A stretch of 64,000 bases of DNA from an uncultured Candidatus Saccharibacteria bacterium (GTDB lineage Bacteria > Patescibacteriota > Dojkabacteria > CAZCSM01), in NCBI GenBank assembly GCA_964501355.1, contig CAZCSM010000001.1, forward strand, positions 10,873 through 74,872. Reading direction: 5' to 3'. Positions within the stretch are counted from its first letter, which is position 1, and the number at the start of each line of letters is the position of its first letter. The notes beneath the pieces were generated by a model. It searched no databases. It was not told the DNA's origin and worked only from the letters and a program-made list of their open reading frames with translations. The position numbers and the translations under genes were made by a program. Positions 19,491 through 29,695 of this stretch are shown in pieces.

Positions 19491-19495
19491 ATTGT

Positions 19496-20323
19496 TTACA
19501 ATTTCTTTGTTTTTGGAAATCTCAGGAAATCATTTGAAAGTGATATTATTCCAGCAATTATTATAGTTAATAGTAAACCTATTATTAGGCTGCAGGTATT
19601 GTTGCAAATAATTTTTTCCTTGAAATAAGAATAGGACATATATATGGTTACTGCTGTGGATAAATATGTAACAATAACGCCTTCCCAATTGATTTTGAAA
19701 GCTTTTTCTTTTTTGATCCATCTGTTTAGCTCTTCCCAGTGGTTTCTGGCCCCTGATTTGCTATTTCCAATTATTTGACAATGCAGTGTTTCACCATAAT
19801 GTACGAAGAGATTTAACAGAGTCTTCTTCCTAATATCTGAAGCTCTATTGTTGTATGTGTTTATAAAATCATTAAAATCTTGTCCGACTTGTTTATTTTG
19901 GCAATCGTTTAAATATCTAATTAAATCGTTTTCTATATCTATGGATAATTTTATATCAGAGCTAGTTAATTGGTCACGGAAGCTTTGCAAAGACTCTATT
20001 CTTTTAAGATCATAGTGTAGTTGGTTTATTCTACTGATCTCTTGAGAAGGTACATTTGATATTTCTTCTAATAAAGTTGATTCAATTAGTGGTGCAGAAC
20101 CTGTTTTATAGATAATTTTGAAAGGAGATGCATTACGAAACTTTTGTTCTTCCGAGAGGGTTTTATCATAAGGTTGTATCCATAACTCTAAACAATTGAG
20201 TTGTTCTTCGAGCACCTTCATTAAGTGTTCTCTTTTTTCTCGATTTGTTTTCTTCCACTGGTAATAAGCAAAATAGAAGCCAAGCACAGTTACAATTGCA
20301 GAGATAAAATCGATGTCGTTCAT
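19496..20323 (-). CDS. Hypothetical membrane protein (1 N-terminal + 2 C-terminal TMs)
   Basis: AT-rich ORF; start placed at ATG 20323 (MNDIDFISAIVTVLG). Confidence 0.7.
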   Translation of the reverse strand: MNDIDFISAIVTVLGFYFAYYQWKKTNREKREHLMKVLEEQLNCLELWIQPYDKTLSEEQKFRNASPFKIIYKTGSAPLIESTLLEEISNVPSQEISRINQLHYDLKRIESLQSFRDQLTSSDIKLSIDIENDLIRYLNDCQNKQVGQDFNDFINTYNNRASDIRKKTLLNLFVHYGETLHCQIIGNSKSGARNHWEELNRWIKKEKAFKINWEGVIVTYLSTAVTIYMSYSYFKEKIICNNTCSLIIGLLLTIIIAGIISLSNDFLRFPKTKKL

Positions 20324-20389
20324 TAGTTGAATTATCTTGAATAGTATAATTCGGATTATATATCGGTATTCAATTTCGGGCAAATAAAA

Positions 20390-20439
20390 TGGATTCCCGC
20401 TTTACTTCGACAAGCTCTGTACAAGTCGCGGGAATGACA
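20390..20439 (-). repeat. TGTC-type REP-like palindrome
   Basis: tggattcccgc...cttcgacaagctc...gcgggaatgaca. Confidence 0.65.
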
Positions 20440-20459
20440 CAAAGTATACACAAAATATT

Positions 20460-20485
20460 AGGGCGCAAGATTTTGCGCCCCTACA
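20460..20485 (-). repeat. GTAG-type REP palindrome
   Basis: Reverse complement tGTAGgggcgcaaaatcttgcgccct. Confidence 0.7.
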
Positions 20486-20509
20486 AAACAAATGATACGA
20501 AATTTTATT

Positions 20510-22714
20510 CTATTCCACCTCCACCGACACAGATCTCAACTCAGGCAAATCTTTCGTTTCCTGATCAATCAGAACAAACTTCAGCTCAATACTGTTATCT
20601 CCAATTTCAGAGAGAGAGTAGGGTGGTGCCACAAGAGTCCATTCCATATTTGGTAATTCTGTGACATTTTCTCCGCTACGAATAAAGGCCTCAATCTCGG
20701 ATGTTGATCCATTCAAAGAACTGATAACAAATTTCCTCCACGATTTTGATTCATCCTTCGCGAAGAAGATGTTCGATATTTCATTTTTACATGGACATTC
20801 TGAATAGAAAGTGTTTTCCGTCCAAATGTCATAAATATTGATTCGTACAGTTTCTTCTAACGCATTAAGTTTGAATCCAAGGAATCGTACGCTATTCTTA
20901 TCTTCCGCAGCAACATTGCTGATATCAATAACAATCTCTTTCCATAATTCCTTTTGTTCAATATTTAAATCAAAGATGTTTTCCGCTGCGGCAATTTCTC
21001 CGAAGCCGAATGAAATATCGGGGTTGTCCTCCGTGCTATAAATTTGAAGCTTCAACTGATCTGTTTGAGACAAATCCAAACTTGGAATTTCTCTGCTAAT
21101 CCATTCCCCGACTGCTGACTCATTTACAAATTCAATTTGCGTAGAAGGCCTTCCGCCTCGTCTAACATTGTTATTTTGACTAATTATGACAGGATATTCT
21201 TCGGGAACAAACTGGACAATTTGATCTGGATTTTCATTTCCTCCAATTAACAAAATTCCATCATTTGTTGAGGCAATTGAATAATTCCCAATCTTCATCG
21301 TGCTTCCGATTGTCGTCCAAGAATTTGACTTGGTGTCAAAAACATCAATTTGTTCAACAGGAATATTTTTCGAGTCGTATCCACCAATTACATAAATCTT
21401 GTCTTTATACAGCACAGAATTGTGAGCCCACCTTGGCGTTGGGAGATTTGCAATCATGAACCATTTATTTTGTGCTTCATCGTAAACCTCACCTGTCCCT
21501 AAAACATTTTCTCCGTCCCATCCTCCAAAAACATAAATTCGGTTATTCCAAGTTGTTGCAGAATGAAAATTACGATGTGTAGACATTCCCTGTACTTCCT
21601 TCCAAATTCCGTCTTCATATTTTTCAACACTGTTAATCTGGTTTGTTCCGTTATACCCACCCAAAGCATAAACTGCATTATTTAGTTTTACCAAAGCAAA
21701 GTTTTCCCTTGGACTAATCATCGATTCAACTTGTCTCCAATCATCAATTTCCGGATCATATTGAAATGTGGAATTAGAGACTTCGTTATCTATTCTTCCG
21801 CCCACAAGCATAATTAAGCCTTCGACTTCTGACAATTGATGATTATAAACCGGAGCCGGAATTGGAGATAGTTCACTAATGCTTATATTATCATCAGTTT
21901 TATAAAATACAGTTTGTGCTTGGCTTTCCAGATTTATTCCACCGGCGCAATAGACCGCATCTTCAAAAAGTGCGCAGCTATCATTTTTTACATTTTCTTT
22001 CTCAAATACTTTCTCGATTGACGCTTGTGTTGAGGTTGATGAAACTTTCCATTGTTTATAACTTCCTTCTTCGGGGATGGCTACTGCAGTTGCACCTTCC
22101 GCCCCAATTGTTCCGGGCTTTTTCCATATAAATACTTCATTATCAGTAAATTCAACATAAGCTTTTTTTTCCAGTAGGTAATCAGAGTCCTCATCTCGAA
22201 CCATTATTTCTTTTACGCCTGCTTTGTCGGAACTGATTTGTGCATGTATTTTCCCATTAACACTAGTTGTTCCATCAGTTTGGCTCAAACTAACATTTTC
22301 TCCACTGGCAATTATCGATACGTTTCTATTTTTAATCGGATTGAAGTCCTCATCCAAAAGTGTGATTTCAACTTCCGCTGAGTTATCAACCCCTGTGTTT
22401 AATAGATTTGGTGTAATAATTATTCTTGAATTTACTGAAGATGGGGGAGTGAATTCAAATTCCTGTCCTCGTCCCGGTTGTTTTGGCGCCGCAATTGGAA
22501 GCATTATCCCGACAAATAATCCAATTGCAAGTCCAAAAAGTAAACCCCAGTGTACGGAATTTGAGTATTTGTAACTTGTCCATTTCCAATAAGCAGGATT
22601 TCTAAGGAGAAGGGTTTGCCATTTACTGACTGTACGATTTTGAAGATTCGCTAGTCGTTCGTAGAAGTTTGATGCATAGATTTTGTTTATTAATTCCTTA
22701 AATTTCTCATTCAT
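20510..22714 (-). CDS. Membrane-anchored Ig-like (Big_1) + Kelch-repeat protein
   Basis: TM near N-terminus; ITLLDEDFNPIKNRNV..GTTSVNG (Big_1); repeated VYALGGY/IYVFGGW/IYVIGGY...W Kelch blades. Confidence 0.85.
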   Translation of the reverse strand: MNEKFKELINKIYASNFYERLANLQNRTVSKWQTLLLRNPAYWKWTSYKYSNSVHWGLLFGLAIGLFVGIMLPIAAPKQPGRGQEFEFTPPSSVNSRIIITPNLLNTGVDNSAEVEITLLDEDFNPIKNRNVSIIASGENVSLSQTDGTTSVNGKIHAQISSDKAGVKEIMVRDEDSDYLLEKKAYVEFTDNEVFIWKKPGTIGAEGATAVAIPEEGSYKQWKVSSTSTQASIEKVFEKENVKNDSCALFEDAVYCAGGINLESQAQTVFYKTDDNISISELSPIPAPVYNHQLSEVEGLIMLVGGRIDNEVSNSTFQYDPEIDDWRQVESMISPRENFALVKLNNAVYALGGYNGTNQINSVEKYEDGIWKEVQGMSTHRNFHSATTWNNRIYVFGGWDGENVLGTGEVYDEAQNKWFMIANLPTPRWAHNSVLYKDKIYVIGGYDSKNIPVEQIDVFDTKSNSWTTIGSTMKIGNYSIASTNDGILLIGGNENPDQIVQFVPEEYPVIISQNNNVRRGGRPSTQIEFVNESAVGEWISREIPSLDLSQTDQLKLQIYSTEDNPDISFGFGEIAAAENIFDLNIEQKELWKEIVIDISNVAAEDKNSVRFLGFKLNALEETVRINIYDIWTENTFYSECPCKNEISNIFFAKDESKSWRKFVISSLNGSTSEIEAFIRSGENVTELPNMEWTLVAPPYSLSEIGDNSIELKFVLIDQETKDLPELRSVSVEVE

Positions 22715-23115
22715 CCCTTGGCTTTTGTAAATCGGGCAATAGTAGATCTGATCTTATTAATAACCTCCGTTGGTGTCATATTCGCTTTGACGATGTAATC
22801 ATCTTCTCCGATACCAAGTTCAATAGCTTGGTCAATATCTTCTTTTTGTCCAAGATTGGAAAGAATTAATATCGGAGCCCTCTTATACTCATTCGAGCTA
22901 TTATAAACCCTTATCATCTCAAAGCCGTCCATTTCCGGCATCATAAGGTCAAGGAGCACAACATCGTACTGTTTTGCTTTAAGCTTATCCAATCCTTCCT
23001 TTCCGTTAAGCGCGATATCTACAATAAACCCTTCTTTTTCTAGTTTAATAACATACATCTTAACCAGCATCTGATCATCCTCTACAAGCAATATCGTGCT
23101 ATTTATTGTTTCCAT
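22711..23115 (-). CDS. Single-domain response regulator
   Basis: ILLVEDD...VLLDLMMPEMDGF...ILSNL...YIVKA. Confidence 0.92.
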   Translation of the reverse strand: METINSTILLVEDDQMLVKMYVIKLEKEGFIVDIALNGKEGLDKLKAKQYDVVLLDLMMPEMDGFEMIRVYNSSNEYKRAPILILSNLGQKEDIDQAIELGIGEDDYIVKANMTPTEVINKIRSTIARFTKAKG

Positions 23116-23494
23116 TATGTCTTTCTAGTTCTAGTTGAATATATTTAATAAGGGCATCAGGAGTTGTTTCGCTTTTAATCAAGTAACTACTTGCTCCAAG
23201 CCCAAGCGCTTTCTTCAACGCAATAACTTCGGGAAGAACCGTAAACATTATGACCGGAATATTTTTTAACTTTGGATTTGCCTTTATTTCCTTCAAAACT
23301 TCCAAACCGCTTATATCTGGAAGCATGATATCAAGAAGGATAATATTGGGCATAAATCCCTCAATCATTTCGGCGGCAACTTTTCCAATTGTTGAGGAAT
23401 TAACGTCGTAGCCTTCCTTCTTCAACTTAATTGTGTACATTCGCACCAAAGATATATCATCTTCAACAATGAATACTTTTGCCGAGTTCTCCAC
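23099..23494 (-). CDS. Single-domain response regulator
   Basis: FIVEDD...ILLDIMLPDISG...YLIKS. Confidence 0.92.
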   Translation of the reverse strand: MENSAKVFIVEDDISLVRMYTIKLKKEGYDVNSSTIGKVAAEMIEGFMPNIILLDIMLPDISGLEVLKEIKANPKLKNIPVIMFTVLPEVIALKKALGLGASSYLIKSETTPDALIKYIQLELERHNGNNK

Positions 23495-23557
23495 TATGTT
23501 TAATTTTTCTATAATTTATTTAGAAAATATACCAATTGATTATTAATCAATCTTAAG

Positions 23558-24742
23558 TCAATCCTTACTCTTTTCTATCCTCTTCTTTTTTGCAATCGGA
23601 ACAGTAAAAGAGAATGTTGATCCTACACCGACTTTTGATTCGACCGAAATTTTGCCACCCATTCCTTCTACGATATTCTTAGATATATAAAGTCCAAGAC
23701 CTGATCCGCCTTTGGGACGACTGAGAGCATGTGCGACCTGGTAGAATTTGTGAAAGATGCGACCTTGTTCATCTTCCGGGATTCCAATTCCCGTGTCTTC
23801 AATAGAGGTTTCTAGAAAATCTCCTTTGACCTCTGCCCGGATTGTCACTTTTCCTTTTTCGGTAAACTTAACTGCATTTTCAACAAGATTCTGAACAACC
23901 TGTTGATATCTTTTGAAGTCAACAACCATTTCAAGATTTTTATCAATCTTCGTTTCAAGGATTAATTCATCGGAATCTTCATCCGCCATCGGCTTCATTC
24001 GCTCATAGGATTCTGTGATTACAGGCAGAACCTTAACTTTTTTAATATCAAATTGCATTCTTTTCTGCTCAATTCGGGAAACATCAAGCATGTCATTAAC
24101 AAGTTCGACAAGTCTTTCGTTGCTCTGGTAAACCTCTTGCAGAAAAGATTTTACTTCTTCATTTATTTCTCCAGCGTCCCCGTCAAGAATCATTGATAAG
24201 TAACCTTTGATTGAAGTCATTGGTGTTCTGAGCTCGTGAGAAGCAATAGAGATAAACTCATTCTTTAATTCATCAAGTTGCCGTAGTTCTTTGTTCGCAT
24301 TTTTCAAACTATCTTGTGTATGAGTCATATCTTCAAGTAGATTTAGAACAGCACTTTTTACATTCTCAAGCTCCTCGTTTTTCTCTTTTAACTCGTTTTC
24401 GGCAATTTTCGAATTGGTGATATCTTGTCCGCATAGAATGTATCTGTCCTTCTGAATTCTTGTGAAATAACCTCTTACCCAGACTTCTTTCCCATCGACT
24501 GAAAAGTTTACTTCCAATGGATTTCTAACCAATAAGGCCGGGGAACTCTTTACGAGATCTTGAATTATCTGCTTCGTCTCCTCAGTTGAAACACCATTAA
24601 TAGACTTCTTTTCTTTTAAGACATCTTTAAAAGTATCATTAGAATCTATAATATTTAAATCCGAATCTACCAGCGCGATTACGGCCGCAATAATATTTAT
24701 TATCTCGTCGATTTGATTTAACTTTTCATATGAATTTTCCAT
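23558..24742 (-). CDS. Cytoplasmic PAS-like histidine kinase
   Basis: No TM; ASHELRTPM, NLVENAVKFT, DTGIGI, GGSGLGLYIS. Confidence 0.93.
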   Translation of the reverse strand: MENSYEKLNQIDEIINIIAAVIALVDSDLNIIDSNDTFKDVLKEKKSINGVSTEETKQIIQDLVKSSPALLVRNPLEVNFSVDGKEVWVRGYFTRIQKDRYILCGQDITNSKIAENELKEKNEELENVKSAVLNLLEDMTHTQDSLKNANKELRQLDELKNEFISIASHELRTPMTSIKGYLSMILDGDAGEINEEVKSFLQEVYQSNERLVELVNDMLDVSRIEQKRMQFDIKKVKVLPVITESYERMKPMADEDSDELILETKIDKNLEMVVDFKRYQQVVQNLVENAVKFTEKGKVTIRAEVKGDFLETSIEDTGIGIPEDEQGRIFHKFYQVAHALSRPKGGSGLGLYISKNIVEGMGGKISVESKVGVGSTFSFTVPIAKKKRIEKSKD

Positions 24743-24760
24743 AGGTGTTATTCTTGAAAG

Positions 24761-25453
24761 TTATTTTCCTCTCGCAAAAGCTAAACAAATTATTCTCCTT
24801 GCTCCACTTGATTTAAGTGCTTTCGTTGCCTCCTCGAAAGTAGAACCGGAAGTTGTTAAGTCGTCCAGCAAAATGATTTTTTGTGGTATTTTGGACTTAA
24901 AACTTACTTGGAAGGCTTCTTCCAAGTTTGCCTTTCTTTCTTTTTTATTCAATTCATGCTGTGGTCTTGTATTTTTAGTTCGTGTTAAAAGACCTCTTGT
25001 TTCCAATTGTAAGTCTTTTGATAATGCTTTTGCAACTAATTCCACCTGATTATAGCCTCGAATCATTAAGCGTTTCTTATGTAAAGGTATCGGACAGATT
25101 ATATAATCTGTAAAATCAAAGCTCTTCAGTTTTTTCATAATCAAATCAGCAATAGTTTGTGCAAACATCTTTCCGTTTCGATATTTCAGTCTGTGAATAA
25201 TTTCCTTTTCCAGTTTTCCATATTCATTAACAACAATGAGTTGATCGGGAAAATATTCGCTTCTACATTTTTTGTGAGTAACTCCATTTTTTGAAAACTT
25301 ACTACATACAAAACATCGCTGCTTACCATATTCAGAAAAATCTTTTCTACAATCATCACAAATTATTGTTCCGGGAATTCCACATTTGATACAAAATTGC
25401 GGAAACAGAAAGTCGAGAAAACTCTCGAAAATCTCAATTGCGACGTCTTTCAT
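24761..25453 (-). CDS. comF: ComF family protein (zinc ribbon + PRTase)
   Basis: FPQFCIKCG..CDDC; PIPLHKKR..RGYNQ; LLDDLTTSGST. Confidence 0.92.
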   Translation of the reverse strand: MKDVAIEIFESFLDFLFPQFCIKCGIPGTIICDDCRKDFSEYGKQRCFVCSKFSKNGVTHKKCRSEYFPDQLIVVNEYGKLEKEIIHRLKYRNGKMFAQTIADLIMKKLKSFDFTDYIICPIPLHKKRLMIRGYNQVELVAKALSKDLQLETRGLLTRTKNTRPQHELNKKERKANLEEAFQVSFKSKIPQKIILLDDLTTSGSTFEEATKALKSSGARRIICLAFARGK

Positions 25454-25623
25454 AATTCAACTATCCGTTTTTGATGATAATTGTTTAACAATACTTATCA
25501 TCTTATATTCGAATAATTAAGTTCTTCTAATTTCATTCTCGGGAAAATCTCTACATATAATATATTTAGAATTATTTAAATAGAACTGGCTACAATCAGT
25601 GAATAATTTAGCAATACCGAAAG

Positions 25624-26469
25624 ATGAAACTTCAAGGAAAAGGAATTGTAATTACGGGTGGTTCTAGCGGAATAGGTAAGTCGGTTGCTCTTCGATGCGC
25701 GAAAGATGGTGCGAAAGTTTTAGTCGCGGCAAGAGACGAAAAGAAACTACAGGAAGTTGTCACTGAAATAAATGCGGCCGGAGGTGAAGGCTATTATTTT
25801 GTAATGGATGTCACAAAACCGGAGACGGTGAAAGCTATGTTTGATTATGCATATGAGAAAATGGGTTGTTTGCACATAGTTTTCAATAATGCCGGACTTG
25901 GTTTCGTCAAAAGAATTTACGAATTGACAGATGACGAAATTCAAAAAATGGTTACGGTTAACGTCCTTGGAATTACATATGTTGCAAAATATGCTGCACA
26001 AATGTTCAAACAGTTGGGTGGCGGACATCTAATAAATACCTCTTCACTTGCGGGATTAATCACGGTTCCTCAATGGTCTGTATATTGTGCAACCAAGTGG
26101 GCGGTGACAGGATTAACAGAATCAATTCGACAGGAACTCAAGCCATTCAACATCAAGGTTTCCTCTCTTCATCCCGGCGCTGTGAAGACCGAATTCTTTG
26201 CGAAGGATAAAGCCAATATCGACTTGTCACAGCTTGGGGATGCTATTTCTCCGGAGGAGGTTGCAGAAGAAGTTTATAATGCAATGCTTACGGATACTCG
26301 AAAGATTGTTGTTCCGTCTATGGCAAAGAGTTATACCTTCCTGTACAAATTTGTTCCGGGGTTAACGGAGAAGATGATGGAAAACCTAACCAAGGATGTT
26401 CAATACAACACCGAGCCTGCGGAAAGCGCTTTCGGGTATGTAAAACCTTGTCCTGCTTGTGAAGAATAA
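25624..26469 (+). CDS. Short-chain dehydrogenase/reductase
   Basis: TGGSSGIG, NNAG, YCATK. Confidence 0.93.
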   Translation: MKLQGKGIVITGGSSGIGKSVALRCAKDGAKVLVAARDEKKLQEVVTEINAAGGEGYYFVMDVTKPETVKAMFDYAYEKMGCLHIVFNNAGLGFVKRIYELTDDEIQKMVTVNVLGITYVAKYAAQMFKQLGGGHLINTSSLAGLITVPQWSVYCATKWAVTGLTESIRQELKPFNIKVSSLHPGAVKTEFFAKDKANIDLSQLGDAISPEEVAEEVYNAMLTDTRKIVVPSMAKSYTFLYKFVPGLTEKMMENLTKDVQYNTEPAESAFGYVKPCPACEE

Positions 26470-26555
26470 TATTGTGTAAAGTTGTGCTACATGGAACAAT
26501 ATTGGACTATGTGGTACCTTCCTTCTTTTCTTGCAAGGAACGGCAACTGAGTTAT

Positions 26556-27473
26556 TCAGTTTTCATTGTTCTTAAACAAATTCAAAAATTTTTGTATCTC
26601 TTTTTGCAAATCGGTCTTGACAGTGCTTAATTCTTTTTCTTCTTTTGAATCATCCCTTTCAAAAGGATCTATACGAATATTTGTATTTAAGATTTTTTTG
26701 TATCTTTCATTTAACTCATCAAGATTCTTTTCAAACTTAATCAGGTTCTTATCGAACTTTTTTATTTTAATATCATCATATTTTGCAAACTCGTATTCTT
26801 GCAGGTTCGGAATGAGGCCTTTTGTAATATTGGTAATTTCCGAAAATGCATATTTCTTCATCAATCCTAGGCGACCCTCCTTATCAAGCCTCCGGGTACT
26901 TAATAATATATAAGTGCTGCGGAGAACTCTTAAATTTCTAAATTCTGACGCTCTCTGTACGAAATCGTGATCTTCGCTTAGTTGTAACGATTCATCAAAC
27001 CCACCAACTCTGTTGAACAATCTTCTGGAAACCATAATGCATGCACCACCAGAGTGTGGAGTAGGGGTAAATTGATATATTTTAATAAAGAGATTAGAGA
27101 AACTATGTAACACTTTATCAAATCTCAGCTCTGAAGCAGGGATGAATTCACAAGTTGCTAAATCTAAAAATCTTTCCTCAATCTCTTCCGTTGCATTTTT
27201 AAGAAAACCTTCCGGAAGTTCAACATCCGCATCGATGAAGAAGAGAAAGTCCCCTGTTGCAACCCTCGCTCCATTATTTCTACCGACAGCAGGCTTTCCG
27301 CCTTCAACAATTTTTGCTCCATATTGTAATGCTGCATCTCTTGTATTATCGGTAGAGTTTGAATCGGCAACGATTACTTCATAATTTTCGAATCCCTGCC
27401 GTTTGATGCTTTCAAGTAGCGTTGGTAGGTATTTACCTTCATTAAGAGTTGGAACAATTATTGAAATCTTCAT
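26556..27473 (-). CDS. Glycosyltransferase family 2
   Basis: ISIIVPTLNE, VADSNSTDNT, GRNNGA, FIDAD, GGFDE..EDH. Confidence 0.92.
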   Translation of the reverse strand: MKISIIVPTLNEGKYLPTLLESIKRQGFENYEVIVADSNSTDNTRDAALQYGAKIVEGGKPAVGRNNGARVATGDFLFFIDADVELPEGFLKNATEEIEERFLDLATCEFIPASELRFDKVLHSFSNLFIKIYQFTPTPHSGGACIMVSRRLFNRVGGFDESLQLSEDHDFVQRASEFRNLRVLRSTYILLSTRRLDKEGRLGLMKKYAFSEITNITKGLIPNLQEYEFAKYDDIKIKKFDKNLIKFEKNLDELNERYKKILNTNIRIDPFERDDSKEEKELSTVKTDLQKEIQKFLNLFKNNEN

Positions 27474-28369
27474 CTTTTACTTTTCTTACTAAAAACTCTA
27501 AATAGAATTCCAAACGCTTTTTCAATGGATTTTTCAAGTTCAATAAGTTCTTCTTCTCCACTTTTGGTAACTTCATCATTTTTTGTAAATTTGTTTACGA
27601 AGTTATCATACCTTTGTTCCATCTTTATCAATAGCTCATCCAGTTTCTTATCTTTTACATCATCATAATCAGCAAATTCATAATCGATCTTCGAGTCTTG
27701 AGTTACTTTTCCTTTTATCGCAATTACAATTCCAGCTCGAAGGTATTTAATAAGTAGTCCCAATCGACCTTCTTTTTTTAACCGTCGATTCCCAACAAGG
27801 ATGTATGAGTTGTTGAGAATTCTAAACTTCCCATATCTTGCGCACTCCTTAGAAAAATGAAAATCTTCACCAATCTTTATTTCATTATCGAAGCCGGATG
27901 TTTTGTTGTAAATATCTTTTTTTACGAGGGTGCAAAATCCTACCGCAATTGGATTTCTCCCAAACTGCAGGATTTTTATACCAAGTGTTACTATTCTATA
28001 ATACAATTTATCAAGGCGTATATTTTCAATTGGTCGATATTCCGTAGTGGCAATTGCAAGATTGCGTTCTTCCATTTCTTCAACGGTTTTTTCCAGAAAA
28101 TCTTTGGGAAGTTTTACATCCGCATCAAAAAAATATAGATACTCACCCTTTGCCACTTTTGCTCCATTATTTCGTCCTTCCGCAACAAGCCCGCCTTGAA
28201 TAACTTTCGCTCCAAATTCATTAGATATTTTCTCTGTTGAATCTGTGTTCTTGGGACTAATAGCAACAATTACTTCGTAATCCGTAAAGGTTTGGTCCTT
28301 GATGCTTTCAAGTAATGTTGGTAATGTTTTTTCCTCGTTAAGTGCAGGAATGATTATTGAGATTTTCAT
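27470..28369 (-). CDS. Glycosyltransferase family 2
   Basis: ISIIIPALNEE, GRNNGA, FFDAD, GED. Confidence 0.92.
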   Translation of the reverse strand: MKISIIIPALNEEKTLPTLLESIKDQTFTDYEVIVAISPKNTDSTEKISNEFGAKVIQGGLVAEGRNNGAKVAKGEYLYFFDADVKLPKDFLEKTVEEMEERNLAIATTEYRPIENIRLDKLYYRIVTLGIKILQFGRNPIAVGFCTLVKKDIYNKTSGFDNEIKIGEDFHFSKECARYGKFRILNNSYILVGNRRLKKEGRLGLLIKYLRAGIVIAIKGKVTQDSKIDYEFADYDDVKDKKLDELLIKMEQRYDNFVNKFTKNDEVTKSGEEELIELEKSIEKAFGILFRVFSKKSKR

Positions 28370-28384
28370 TTGATAACCGTTAAT

Positions 28385-29149
28385 TTATTTTTCTTCTCCG
28401 GGCTTCCCTCCGAGATCTCCGTAAAGTTTTTGGTAAAGCTTTATGTACTGCTCATTTTTGTAGAGATCGGTTTTCATTGCTAATTGACCTAGCGTCGCTA
28501 TTGCGGCAAGTCTCTTTATTGCTTTTAGCGGTTTATCATAACGCCGACCCGACATCATAATCTTTGTTTCTATCACTTTGTGTCTGTATCCATTCTTAAT
28601 TGCTCTGAGTGAAAGATCGAGGTCTTCCGGAACACCATTTGGTAGTTCCTCTCGAAACCCTCCAATTTTCTCAAAAAGATTCTTTTTAATTAGCATGCTT
28701 CCTCCTGATTCTATAAATGGCTTCGGAAGTTTGCCGCTGATTCTCTTTAGCATATTCCAAATGTGGATGGCTGTGAAAGCCGATATGTTTCTTTTTGATT
28801 CTTTGTCCGGAATTAACAGCGTTGATGAGATATCCAGCTCCTTTTCTTCAAAGAGATTGATACAATCTTCTAAATAATTCTCATCTGGGAACTCTGCATC
28901 TGCATCGACAAAATATAAGATTTCGCCGGCGGAATTCCTTGCACCATTATTTCTAGCTACTGTTATTATTCCACCATCTACAACTTTCACATTATATCTC
29001 TTTGCGACTTCTTCTGTTGCATCTGTTGTTTTTGGACTAATTGCGACAATAACTTCGTAGTCTTTGAATGTTTGCCTTTCTATGCTTTCCAGCAAGATCG
29101 GTAAATGTTTTTCTTCGTTTAGGGCAGGAATAATAATTGATACTTTCAT
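28385..29149 (-). CDS. Glycosyltransferase family 2
   Basis: VSIIIPALNEE, ARNNGA, FVDAD, GGF..EDLDL. Confidence 0.92.
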   Translation of the reverse strand: MKVSIIIPALNEEKHLPILLESIERQTFKDYEVIVAISPKTTDATEEVAKRYNVKVVDGGIITVARNNGARNSAGEILYFVDADAEFPDENYLEDCINLFEEKELDISSTLLIPDKESKRNISAFTAIHIWNMLKRISGKLPKPFIESGGSMLIKKNLFEKIGGFREELPNGVPEDLDLSLRAIKNGYRHKVIETKIMMSGRRYDKPLKAIKRLAAIATLGQLAMKTDLYKNEQYIKLYQKLYGDLGGKPGEEK

Positions 29150-29150
29150 G

Positions 29151-29615
29151 TTAATAATTTACCTTATCTTCTTTAGTAAGCCATTCTTTCATGAGCGGCA
29201 GGCACTCGTCTCTTGCTTCCTGAACCTTCTCGACTTGTTCCTGTTCTGCCGTTCCTTTTATTACATCGTAAATGTATCTATCATCGAAACCTATTTCAGC
29301 CGCATCGTCTCTCGTGCATGCGTATGTTATCTTTTTCATTTTCGCCCAGTGAATTGCCGCAAGACACATAGGACACGGTTCACAAGTGATGTACATTTCA
29401 CAATCTGATAAATCAAATGTTTTCAGTCTTTTTGAAGCTTCGCGAATTGCATTAACTTCTGCGTGTGCGGTAGGGTCATTTGTGTAAGGGACAGTATTGT
29501 GGGCAGAAGCGATTATGTTGCCATCTCTTACAATCACCGCTCCAAACGGACCGCCATGGTTTAGTGCCAATCCTTCTTTCGCTTCCGTAAGTGCAGCTTG
29601 AATATATTTATTCAT
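29151..29615 (-). CDS. guaD: Nucleoside deaminase family, guanine deaminase-like
   Basis: GGPFGAVIV, DPTAHAEVNAIR, CEPCPMCLAAIHWA, DAAEIGFDD. Confidence 0.85.
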   Translation of the reverse strand: MNKYIQAALTEAKEGLALNHGGPFGAVIVRDGNIIASAHNTVPYTNDPTAHAEVNAIREASKRLKTFDLSDCEMYITCEPCPMCLAAIHWAKMKKITYACTRDDAAEIGFDDRYIYDVIKGTAEQEQVEKVQEARDECLPLMKEWLTKEDKVNY

Positions 29616-29695
29616 AATAAATTGTACTTAATGTATACACAGAATACTGGAAAAGCAGAGTTTAATAAAGTGGCGAAAAGTATCCTGGTTTGGTC

